Origin: an uncultured Riemerella sp.
GTDB lineage: Bacteria > Bacteroidota > Bacteroidia > Flavobacteriales > Weeksellaceae
Reading direction: 5' to 3'
NCBI GenBank assembly: GCA_937890925.1
Contig: CALAEK010000064.1
Coordinates: forward strand, 591 to 64,590
Length of the DNA stretch: 64,000 nucleotides
The notes under the pieces are model-generated. The model searched no databases. It saw only the letters and a list, made by a program, of their open reading frames with translations, and was not told where the DNA came from. Position 1 is the first letter of the stretch; every line of letters begins with the position of its first letter. This document shows positions 27,731 to 36,007 of this stretch, in pieces. The position numbers and the translations under genes were made by a program.

Positions 27731-27765
27731 ACTTTATTATAAAGTAAAGCAATACAATATTGTAT
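27731..27765. promoter_or_regulatory. Operator candidates: two perfect palindromes
   Basis: ACTTTATTATAAAGT (27731-27745) and ATACAATATTGTAT (27752-27765) lie just upstream of the HTH gene start. AAAGTAT-type half sites recur up to 27900. Confidence 0.5.
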
Positions 27766-27839
27766 TATAATGAAATTAAAAATAATTACACTTATTATCA
27801 ATGAGTTACACGAAGATATTAAAATAAAGTATAATTTTA

Positions 27840-27872
27840 TTTGTTTTGTATTTCAATAAAGTATTATATTTG
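27840..27872 (+). promoter_or_regulatory. Bacteroidota-type promoter for the 27917..29696 gene set
   Basis: -33 TTTG (27840-27843) and -7 TATATTTG (27865-27872) with a 21-nt spacer. The ATG is 45 nt downstream. Confidence 0.5.
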
Positions 27873-27916
27873 CATAAGAAAATTAAAACAAAGTATAACA
27901 ATTAAAACAAAAAGAT

Positions 27917-28126
27917 ATGACTACGAAAGAAATAACACAAGTATTAAGAGAGAATTTTAAAAAAGCAGGATACAACAATAGAAAAGTATCAATAAAAGCA
28001 ACAAAATATGGCATTGGTGTGGTGATAAAAGTAGAGAAACCTAATTATAAAGAAGATGTTAAAATAGCAAACATAGTAAAAGAATACACAAAATATTGTG
28101 GTGTAACCATTAGACATGATAGATAA
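27917..28126 (+). CDS. Hypothetical small basic protein
   Basis: 69-aa ORF preceded by the conserved 18-nt leader element. Confidence 0.4.
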   Translation: MTTKEITQVLRENFKKAGYNNRKVSIKATKYGIGVVIKVEKPNYKEDVKIANIVKEYTKYCGVTIRHDR

Positions 28127-28195
28127 AAATCAACCGACCTAAGCAAGTCACAAAAAGGCTTTTAAATTTAAATATTAACTTAAAAAATCAAGAAA

Positions 28196-28495
28196 ATGAC
28201 AGATTATTTAGAAACACATAAATGGCAAGAATTTCATGAAAATGGACAATTGTGGATAGATGGAGAAATCGCTGTTGTGTCTGAAAATATAAAACATCTT
28301 TATGATTATCGAACAAAATTTAAAGGTTTTGAAGGCAAGCCTGTATGTAGAATTGGTATTTGGTCTAAGTATTACGATAATGGGCAGCTTCACTGGCAAC
28401 TTGATTATGGTGATGGCAAACATGATTCAAATGTGCCTAAGAAGCAATTTAAAACCCACTATCATGAAGACGGCACACCATTTACAATATCTTAA
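28196..28495 (+). CDS. MORN-variant (YwqK-like) repeat protein
   Basis: Repeats ENGQLWIDGE and YYDNGQLHWQLDYGDGKHD. Confidence 0.55.
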   Translation: MTDYLETHKWQEFHENGQLWIDGEIAVVSENIKHLYDYRTKFKGFEGKPVCRIGIWSKYYDNGQLHWQLDYGDGKHDSNVPKKQFKTHYHEDGTPFTIS

Positions 28496-28543
28496 CATAA
28501 AATCAAGAAAATAAAACAAAGTATAACAATAAAAATCAACAAA

Positions 28544-28897
28544 ATGAAAACATTAGAACAAATGAACAACGAAATTTATAGAGCAAAAAACCTATTTAAC
28601 GAACTAAAAGAGAATGAGGGTAACTTCGGTTATGAAGAATTAAGAAGCCTGACAGATGATTTAGCAGCTGAAATCATAAAGACTGACAACAGGCTATTAT
28701 CAATGAATAAAAAGTGGGTTAATTATGGCACTTTCGCTTCTACAGGCTTTGCTAATAAGTATCACTTTGGCGAAGAACTGGCGCAAATCATCGAAGAGGT
28801 GCTGAATGGTAGAATTACCCACGATGAAGACCACGAATTTGAAGTGAAAGACTACGAAGAACAGATTTCTGAAAGAATTTTTGAAAAAATATACTAA
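28544..28897 (+). CDS. Hypothetical protein
   Basis: 117-aa ORF preceded by the same 18-nt leader element and followed by a terminator. Confidence 0.45.
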   Translation: MKTLEQMNNEIYRAKNLFNELKENEGNFGYEELRSLTDDLAAEIIKTDNRLLSMNKKWVNYGTFASTGFANKYHFGEELAQIIEEVLNGRITHDEDHEFEVKDYEEQISERIFEKIY

Positions 28898-28904
28898 ACC
28901 ACAC

Positions 28905-28929
28905 GCCCTGCTGTTGCAGGGCTTTTTTT
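28905..28929 (+). terminator. Rho-independent terminator
   Basis: GCCCTGC-TGTT-GCAGGGC followed by T7. Confidence 0.7.
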
Positions 28930-28964
28930 ATTATCTTTGTGGCTGAAGAAAAATTTGTGCTGAT

Positions 28965-29696
28965 ATGAAAGATTTTTATCCATCTAATGAGGATTTCAAT
29001 AAAATTCTCGGTTTAGGTTTTTATGATGATATCAAAAGAACTGATTATCATTTGTTTTTAAAAGGGGAAGTTTGTGGAATATTTAATATTTCTATGAATG
29101 AATTGGATATTCTTATTCAAAAAATAGAAAGGATATCCAAAAGAGATGGTTTCAAAAAAGGATTTGAAAAATCATTTTTTGAAGATGAAGTTTCTGTTTT
29201 AGGGATGTATTTACTTTGCTATTATAATGAAGATAGTGACAATAAATTATTTGAAAAATATAAACCACTTTTTGTAGAACAAGGTTTGAGGTTTGCAATC
29301 AAACTCATAGGAAACATTCCATCTGACAAAACAGAAAATCGCAATAGACGAAAGGGAACTATGCCTGGTGTAGATTATGAAGAATTGATAACAATGAATT
29401 CTGTAAAAAAGATTTCTGCAGAATTAAAACAAATGAAAACAGATGTAGAAGATACTTCTCATTTTTTTTATCAGAAAAAAGTAGTTATCACGGGTTCTTT
29501 TGATAAATTTCCCTTAAGAGAAGAAATGGCTAAATTACTACATGAAGTGGGAGCCGATGTGAATTCTGCTATTTCAAAACGAACAGATTATGTAATAATA
29601 GGAGAAGATGCTGGACCGAAAAAGTTAGAAAAAATAACTGAATTAGGAATAGAAACTATTGACGAAAAAAGATTTTTAGAAATTTTTAATTTATGA
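28965..29696 (+). CDS. Protein with a C-terminal BRCT domain
   Basis: The C-terminal 80 aa (KKVVITGSFDKFPLREEMAKLLHEVGADVNSAISKRTDYVIIGEDAGPKKLEKITELGIETIDEKRFLEI) matches the BRCT domain found at the end of NAD-dependent DNA ligases. The N-terminal 160 aa is unrecognised. Confidence 0.6.
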   Translation: MKDFYPSNEDFNKILGLGFYDDIKRTDYHLFLKGEVCGIFNISMNELDILIQKIERISKRDGFKKGFEKSFFEDEVSVLGMYLLCYYNEDSDNKLFEKYKPLFVEQGLRFAIKLIGNIPSDKTENRNRRKGTMPGVDYEELITMNSVKKISAELKQMKTDVEDTSHFFYQKKVVITGSFDKFPLREEMAKLLHEVGADVNSAISKRTDYVIIGEDAGPKKLEKITELGIETIDEKRFLEIFNL

Positions 29697-29733
29697 TATT
29701 GTATAATAAAAAATCATTTGTATATTTGCAACA

Positions 29734-29892
29734 GCGAAATACAATGATAGACAAGGGAGAGTCTTTATAAAATCCCATTTAATTTTAATTTTAATCTAGG
29801 CTTAGCCTTGATAAGTAGTGGTACAATTCCCTTGTGTATTGTTGTGTTTCGCGACCCACGAAAGTCAAGGTTTTTTTTGTTTTCGTGGTTTT
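29734..29892 (+). ncRNA. Structured RNA / 5' leader candidate (26-bp long-range helix plus terminator-like hairpin)
   Basis: A -7 box TATATTTG lies at 29721-29728. Arm 1 (29734-29759, GCGAAAUACAAUGAUAGACAAGGGAG) pairs with arm 2 (29827-29852) at 25 of 26 positions, four of them G-U wobbles valid only in the plus-strand RNA. A hairpin CCACGAAA-N17-TTTCGTGG plus TTTT follows at 29856-29892. Confidence 0.45.
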
Positions 29893-29921
29893 AAAGGGAA
29901 TTTAATTTAAATTTTTATAAT

Positions 29922-30269
29922 ATGCGAAACACGACAACAATTGCACAACCTGTGAAGCATAGTAGCAGAGTGCTTAGAAGAAAAGAAATCGTTAATATTG
30001 ACCGTTCAGTTCCGTTTTTAGAAATACTGAAAATAAGGATTCTGGAGAATAATAATTGTATGGCGGCTCTCAAAAAACCACAGAATACCTTTCAGTTTGT
30101 GAAAGATAATAAAGGAAGCATCACCGCCCGCATGATAGAAACAGGAGCTTTCAAGGTTTCGTTCAGTTCGGATGCTACAGGGAGAACGGCGTTTGCCTAC
30201 GGAAAGAGCTTTGAGAAGGCTTATCAAAATCTTATTCGTAATTTTAACCAAAAATACCTTGCAGCATGA
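29922..30269 (+). CDS. Hypothetical protein
   Basis: 115-aa ORF. Its first 27 nt are a third copy of the leader arm sequence. Confidence 0.45.
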   Translation: MRNTTTIAQPVKHSSRVLRRKEIVNIDRSVPFLEILKIRILENNNCMAALKKPQNTFQFVKDNKGSITARMIETGAFKVSFSSDATGRTAFAYGKSFEKAYQNLIRNFNQKYLAA

Positions 30270-30505
30270 ACGAGTTTAATGACAAACTAAGCATTTGGCT
30301 GGATTTTCAGCGGGATTTTTTCTCAAAAAATGATGTACAGGAAGAACTGCTGGACCTGCCCATAAGACTGAAAGACAATACCGCTTCGGGGAAAGATTTA
30401 GAGCTGTTAAACGAGATGTGCCAGCGGTTTCTGAGATTATCTTTCGTGGTTACCAAACACCCGAAGGAATTAGATAAATTGATACATTATTTAGACTCTG
30501 AGTGA
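30266..30505 (+). CDS. Hypothetical protein
   Basis: 79-aa ORF, overlap-coupled to its neighbour. Confidence 0.4.
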   Translation: MNEFNDKLSIWLDFQRDFFSKNDVQEELLDLPIRLKDNTASGKDLELLNEMCQRFLRLSFVVTKHPKELDKLIHYLDSE

Positions 30506-30825
30506 TGGAAGATTACAAAGAAAAAATAAAAGAATTGTTCCTGCGGTATTACAGGAACATCGGCGAGGAGGAGGAGAAAACCTATCTCTCCACCAAGAGG
30601 ATCTTAGAAATGGTGGGGGGGGTAATTCCTTCAAAGCCTATCAGCGAGCATGATATCTATGAATGCATGACGGATATGGGCTTTTACCAAGAGTTGGAAA
30701 TCACCTACGGACAGGTATGTATTTTTAAAGGAGATGAAGAAAAAGGCATTCCTGCTGAATATGACAGAGTCGAAGTAGACCGAGTATTCAAATGGGTGGT
30801 CTTTGAAAAGAAACACGGAGTATAA
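30502..30825 (+). CDS. Hypothetical protein
   Basis: 107-aa ORF, overlap-coupled and followed by a terminator. Confidence 0.4.
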   Translation: MMEDYKEKIKELFLRYYRNIGEEEEKTYLSTKRILEMVGGVIPSKPISEHDIYECMTDMGFYQELEITYGQVCIFKGDEEKGIPAEYDRVEVDRVFKWVVFEKKHGV

Positions 30826-30830
30826 ACTTT

Positions 30831-30873
30831 CGCCCAGTATATAGAATGAAGACTATTGCTGGGCGTTTTTTTT
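30831..30873 (+). terminator. Rho-independent terminator
   Basis: CGCCCAG ... CTGGGCG followed by T8. Confidence 0.55.
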
Positions 30874-30889
30874 GTTGTAAATTTGGAGT

Positions 30890-31354
30890 ATGGAATACAG
30901 AGATGAATTAGAAATCGCACAAAAAGCAGAGCAGATGCTCACGGGTGCTATTCGTAATAAAACCAATTCTTTTGCGGACCACTATAATGGAAAAAAAGAA
31001 GACGAACCAAGTCTCAAACAGGCATCTGCTAAATCCTATGTAAAAAAATACGGCAGGAAGAAAGACGGGAACCAGCAGATTTTCTTACGCAGGCTGGTTA
31101 TTCGTATGGCTCGGCACGGCTTTGTCCAGCATTACGGAGTCAATAGTCTGCGTGCTGGTGGGTTTAGAAAATCCAAATTGGGAAATTCATACCACTATGA
31201 TGCTCACGATATGGAGATGAGAGCCCAGCCATTCATAGGAGATGCTATCAAACAAAGTGATGTAGTAGAGTTTGTTTCCCAGAATGTAGCAGAACTCAGA
31301 GCGAAGAATTTCGCTGAAGAGCTTATATTTCCACTTTCGCATTTTGCTAAATGA
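30890..31354 (+). CDS. Hypothetical protein upstream of the tape measure
   Basis: 154-aa ORF. No motif recognised. Confidence 0.4.
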   Translation: MEYRDELEIAQKAEQMLTGAIRNKTNSFADHYNGKKEDEPSLKQASAKSYVKKYGRKKDGNQQIFLRRLVIRMARHGFVQHYGVNSLRAGGFRKSKLGNSYHYDAHDMEMRAQPFIGDAIKQSDVVEFVSQNVAELRAKNFAEELIFPLSHFAK

Positions 31355-31426
31355 AAATAATTGCTTATTTTAGAGGTATGAAAAATATAATAAAACATTC
31401 ATAACACTCACATACTTGAACAATGG

Positions 31427-31454
31427 CGGACTGAGTTTTCAGTCCGTTTTTTTT
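31427..31454 (+). terminator. Rho-independent terminator
   Basis: CGGACTGA-GTTT-TCAGTCCG followed by T8. Confidence 0.7.
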
Positions 31455-31506
31455 GTCCTTTGGAGAGAAACAGAAAAAATCAATCTTTGGGAATTAAAGA
31501 TTGAAC

Positions 31507-34500
31507 ATGGCAAAGAATGTATCTACAACAATAGTTTTAAAGGTAAACGGAAAAGATGTTGAAAATTCTTTCAGAGGGTTAAGTAAAGAAGTTAGAAGTT
31601 TAGAAAACGAACTAAAAGAGCTCACACCAGGAACTGAAAGATTCATGAGAAAAGCTGCGGAACTCAAAGAAGTAAAAGAGCATTTTTCGAGAGTAAAAGG
31701 CGAGATTGATGCTGTAAGTGGCAGACTGAAGGAGTCAGAGGGCTTTTTAGGAAAATTACGCTCCAAACTTTCTGATGTAGGGCTTGGCTTTGGGGCTATC
31801 GGTGCAGGTTTGGCTGGTCTCCATCTAAAAAACACAGCAGAAGAACTTCTCAAGGTCTCTGATGCCATGGCAGATGTTCAGAAGACTACAGGCATGGCGC
31901 TGGACGAAGTGAAACAGCTCTGGGAGGCTTTCGATGATATGGACACCAGAACCTCCAAGATGGACAGGCTGAAGATTGCCGAAGTGGGCGGTCGGCTTGG
32001 TGTTCCTAAGGAGGAAATGGCATCTTTCGTTCAAGAGGTAGACAAGGCGTATGTTGCCCTGGGAGATTCTTTCGATGGCGGTTTAGAGGGCGTGGTAGAT
32101 TCTTTGGGTAAAATCAAAGGATTATTCGAGGAGACCAAAGGGCAGAGCTATGCCGATGCTATCAATGGCGTAGGTTCTGCCTTGAACGAACTTGCTGCAT
32201 CGGGAACAGCCAGTGAGGGGAATATTTCAGATTTTGCTCTTAGGATAGGTGCTTTGCCAGACGCACTCAAGCCATCTATTGATAAAGTCTTAGGGCTTGG
32301 TGCAGCGTTTGAAGAATCTGGGGTAGATTCTCAGATTGCAGCTTCGGGATATTCTAACTTTATGAAGGTGGCAGGGGAGAACATCGGATTGTTTGCCCAG
32401 TCTATGCATATGTCCACGGCGGAGGCGAAAGAATTATTTAATACCAATCCAGAAGAATTTTTCTTAAGATTTTCCGAGGGAATGCGGGGTGTAGAAGCCA
32501 CAAAGACGGTTGAGATTTTTGACAGCCTTGGTATAAAATCACTGGAGGTTCAGAAGGCGGTCGGTGCAGCTGCCAATAGAACCGATGAATTCAGAGCTGC
32601 TATGGAAAGGTCTGGCAAGGCAATGGCTGACGGAACTTCCCTTTCAGATGAATTTAGCAAGAAAAATAACAACGCTGCTGCTGTGGTAGAAAAGCTGAAA
32701 AATGCTTTTGCAGAAATGTTTACTTCTAATAATATTATCAATCTTTTTGAGGATGTGATCCGTGTGATTGGCTTCATTACAGGAGTGACCAAGGAAGCAG
32801 GAGACGGCATAAGGGAGTTTAAAGACAGGCTTGCTTTTTTAGCAAAAATCATCGGGGTGATGGTTACTGCTATGGTCAGCTATAAAGCGGCGATGTATCT
32901 TATTGCTCTTTCTACCCAAAAAGCCTATCAGCAGACCATTCTTTATAATGCAGTCCAAAAGGCTAAAATGGTGATAGATAATGCAGCGAAAGGCGTAACC
33001 CTGCTGTATGCAGCAGCAAAGGCTACACTTTCGGGAAATACTGCAGGAGCAACCGCAGCAATGAGAGCCTTTAATATGACTACTAAAATGAACCCGATTG
33101 GCTTATTAGTCGCAGCGGTAATGGCGGCGGTAGCAGCATATAAACTTTATCATAAGGAAGTAGATGCATCTACACAAAAGCAGAAAAATCTAAACGATGC
33201 TTTTGTAGAGGCAGAAAAAAGTATTGTTTCTCAAAAAAATGAGCTGGACCAGCTTATGAAAACTGCCAGAGACGAAACCTTATCTAAAGAAAAAAGACTG
33301 GAGGCTATTAGAAAACTCAACGAAATTTCTCCAGAGTATTTAGGTTTCTTGAATTTGGAAAACATCAATACTCAAGAAGCAACTAAAGCGGTCGATAAAT
33401 ACACCGAGCATCTCCTAAAAATGGCAAGAGTAAAAGCACTTACAGCCAAAATGGATAAAATAGGAGAGCAGATTATTGACAAAGAAAACGAATCACTGGG
33501 CGAAAACCTTGGTTTAGTTGATAAAGCAGCTAATAAAATAAGTAATTTTTTTGGAGGAAAAGATGTTGTAAATCTTGATAAAAATGAAGGTGTTCAATAC
33601 CAAAAATGGCTGAAAGCTGTAGGGAAAAAACGAGCAGATGAGTTAAAAAAAGAATATGCTCATGTTTATGAAAAAAGGAAACAAGATGTACAAGGTTTAA
33701 CGGACCAGCAGAGAGCACTTGCAGAGGAAATAAAAAAAATACAAGGAGAAGAGGGAGGAACTGCTCCTGCTTCTAATAAACCAGTAAATAGTGCTGTAGC
33801 AAATCCGACAAAAAACAAGACTCCCAAAAAGAATTCGGGAGAAGATAAATCCAAATCTGCTTATGAAAAATCATTAGAAGAAAAGCGTAAATATGACAAA
33901 GAACTTCTGGACGCTCATAGAAAATACGAAGATGAAAGGGAAAAAATCCAGCTCGAAGGTTATGAGAAAGAAAAACGGCTTTTGGAAACCGAGCACAATC
34001 GTAATTTAGAAGATATCGAAAATCAGAATAAAGAAAAGAAAGATGCTATTGCCAAAGTGGAGCGAGAGATTTCTGATTTCCAAAAAGCAAAAGCAGGTGC
34101 AAGTCCTCAGGCTCAGAAGAATTATGATGCTGCGATTCAGAATAAAAGAGAAGAAATCGCAGTTATCAACTCCATTATTGCCCAGAACAATAAAATCAAA
34201 GAGCAGATGGAGCATACGCATCAGCTGAAAATAAAAACAATTGATGAAAAAGCAGAACTTGAGAAACATCAGCGTGATATCACGAACTTGCAGAAAGAGG
34301 CGGCTCTTATTCATGAAAAGAATGAGAATGAAATCACAGAAATTAAAACCATGGCAGAGGCAAGGGAAAAACTTGCTGAAATGGAGTTTTTGAAACTCAG
34401 CGATCAAGAGCTGAAAAACATTCATACGCTAGAAGACGCCAAAAAAGCATTGAGAGAAAATGCAAATAGAGCTGCACTGCAGGCACAGATAGAACTCTTC

Positions 34501-35616
34501 AAAAAAGAGCAAAAAATATTGGAGGATTTACTCAGCAATCCAAATGTATTTTCTGAAAAATCAGTGCAGGAACTCAAAGAAAGAATAGCATCTATTACTA
34601 CAGAAGTCAATAAATTGAATGCTGCTAAGAATGGAAATGAAGTAGGTGATGAATCCCAAATCCAGAAAGATGCCCGTAAGGAAATGGACAAAGTCGATAT
34701 TCTTGGGTTTTCGGTTACACAGTGGAGCGATACTTTCAAAAACCTAGACACTACCGAGCGCAAGCTTCAAGCTGTAATGATGGGCGTGCAGGCGTTGAAG
34801 AATGCATTTTCTCAGTTTTCTGAACTTCAGCAAAGACTTAATGAGCGAGAACTCAGAAGTTTTACCAAAGGGCAGGACAACAAGAAAAAAGAGCTTCTGC
34901 GACAGCTGAATGAAGGCTACATCAACCAGGAACAATATCATAAAGGTGTCCAGCTGTTAGAGGAGGAAACCGATGCAAAGAAAGCTGAACTGGCAAACAG
35001 GCAGGCTAAAATTCAGAAAGCAATGGCGATTGCTCAGATTGCCATTAATACAGCTCAAGCAATTATCGGAATATGGGCGCAGGTTCCTAAGTTTGATTTT
35101 GGTATTTCTGCTGGGGTTCTTACTGGTGTGGTGTCGGCTTTGGGTGCTGCGCAGATTGCGGCAGTTCTTGCTCAGCCAGATAGTTTTGACAAAGGTGGTT
35201 TTACAGGTGGAGGCTTCGGTTCTCCTGATAGTTCTGGATTCAGACCAGCGGGAATAGTCCACGAGAACGAATATGTCACTCCTAAATGGATGCTTCAGAA
35301 TCCAGTGGTTGCCGATGTAGTAGACTGGATGGAAAGTATCCGAACAGGAAGGACACAAGCACCAAGAGGCTACGCAGAAGGAGGTTTTACGGGCGGAGGA
35401 CAGACTTCGGGAGGAAATGCTCAGACTCCTGCAACGGCTCAGATGGTTTTAGGAGCAGAAATGCAGCCTCTTTTATCAGACTTGAAACAAGTTCTTTCCG
35501 AACTAAAAGAAAACGGAGTAGAAGCGTGGATGGTAGAGAATGCCGAAAACGGTAAAAGATTGAAAAACGCAATAAAACAATTTGAAAATATAGAGAAAAG
35601 AAATGCGAGAAAATAA
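31507..35616 (+). CDS. Tail tape measure protein
   Basis: About 1370 aa. The N-terminal TP901-type TMP core is IAEVGGRLGVPKEEMASFVQEVDKAYVALGDSF. It has central hydrophobic helices, a long Glu/Lys coiled coil and a Gly-rich C-terminus. The ATG at 31507 is preferred over the TTG at 31501. Confidence 0.85.
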   Translation: MAKNVSTTIVLKVNGKDVENSFRGLSKEVRSLENELKELTPGTERFMRKAAELKEVKEHFSRVKGEIDAVSGRLKESEGFLGKLRSKLSDVGLGFGAIGAGLAGLHLKNTAEELLKVSDAMADVQKTTGMALDEVKQLWEAFDDMDTRTSKMDRLKIAEVGGRLGVPKEEMASFVQEVDKAYVALGDSFDGGLEGVVDSLGKIKGLFEETKGQSYADAINGVGSALNELAASGTASEGNISDFALRIGALPDALKPSIDKVLGLGAAFEESGVDSQIAASGYSNFMKVAGENIGLFAQSMHMSTAEAKELFNTNPEEFFLRFSEGMRGVEATKTVEIFDSLGIKSLEVQKAVGAAANRTDEFRAAMERSGKAMADGTSLSDEFSKKNNNAAAVVEKLKNAFAEMFTSNNIINLFEDVIRVIGFITGVTKEAGDGIREFKDRLAFLAKIIGVMVTAMVSYKAAMYLIALSTQKAYQQTILYNAVQKAKMVIDNAAKGVTLLYAAAKATLSGNTAGATAAMRAFNMTTKMNPIGLLVAAVMAAVAAYKLYHKEVDASTQKQKNLNDAFVEAEKSIVSQKNELDQLMKTARDETLSKEKRLEAIRKLNEISPEYLGFLNLENINTQEATKAVDKYTEHLLKMARVKALTAKMDKIGEQIIDKENESLGENLGLVDKAANKISNFFGGKDVVNLDKNEGVQYQKWLKAVGKKRADELKKEYAHVYEKRKQDVQGLTDQQRALAEEIKKIQGEEGGTAPASNKPVNSAVANPTKNKTPKKNSGEDKSKSAYEKSLEEKRKYDKELLDAHRKYEDEREKIQLEGYEKEKRLLETEHNRNLEDIENQNKEKKDAIAKVEREISDFQKAKAGASPQAQKNYDAAIQNKREEIAVINSIIAQNNKIKEQMEHTHQLKIKTIDEKAELEKHQRDITNLQKEAALIHEKNENEITEIKTMAEAREKLAEMEFLKLSDQELKNIHTLEDAKKALRENANRAALQAQIELFKKEQKILEDLLSNPNVFSEKSVQELKERIASITTEVNKLNAAKNGNEVGDESQIQKDARKEMDKVDILGFSVTQWSDTFKNLDTTERKLQAVMMGVQALKNAFSQFSELQQRLNERELRSFTKGQDNKKKELLRQLNEGYINQEQYHKGVQLLEEETDAKKAELANRQAKIQKAMAIAQIAINTAQAIIGIWAQVPKFDFGISAGVLTGVVSALGAAQIAAVLAQPDSFDKGGFTGGGFGSPDSSGFRPAGIVHENEYVTPKWMLQNPVVADVVDWMESIRTGRTQAPRGYAEGGFTGGGQTSGGNAQTPATAQMVLGAEMQPLLSDLKQVLSELKENGVEAWMVENAENGKRLKNAIKQFENIEKRNARK

Positions 35617-36007
35617 AAATTCTTTCCAAAAATTCAGGGTTTTTGATAACGACCCGATGAATAAGCTTTGCGACCAAGTGATTTCCTTGGTCGAAGAGCT
35701 GACAAATGAAACGCCTGTGGTGTGTGGCTCTGTAGCGAAAGTATTCGGGGGGCAGCTGCAAGAAGACTACACGCCGAAAGATGTAGACTTTGTAGTCAGC
35801 AGGTGGGCTTTCCGCCAATTGCTATGGAAAATTCCTACTGAAATTACAGGCGTAAAAATGATTGAGCAAAATCCCAATAGAATAATTCTCTTTACGAATT
35901 ATCGATATTGTATAGAGATATGGGTTCATAATGCGGTTTCAGAAAAAAGAGAGTTAAAAAAATATCAAAACGAAATTCTTTATACAGATTATGGCAAAGA
36001 AAATTAG
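35603..36007 (+). CDS. Small protein with a possible minimal nucleotidyltransferase-fold motif
   Basis: 134-aa ORF overlapping the TMP stop and the next start. VVCGSVAKVFGG...PKDVDFVV resembles the hG[GS]...D-h-D-h NTase signature, but with a long spacer. Confidence 0.35.
   Translation: MRENKNSFQKFRVFDNDPMNKLCDQVISLVEELTNETPVVCGSVAKVFGGQLQEDYTPKDVDFVVSRWAFRQLLWKIPTEITGVKMIEQNPNRIILFTNYRYCIEIWVHNAVSEKRELKKYQNEILYTDYGKEN

Noticed and set aside
29700-29920. Retron msr/msd, DGR template repeat or invertible promoter as explanations for the long inverted repeat
   Set aside because: No reverse transcriptase or invertase gene occurs anywhere in the window. The intervening segment is only 67 nt. 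The mismatches are biased to G-U pairs, which favours an RNA structure. DNA inversion is still kept as a refutation test.
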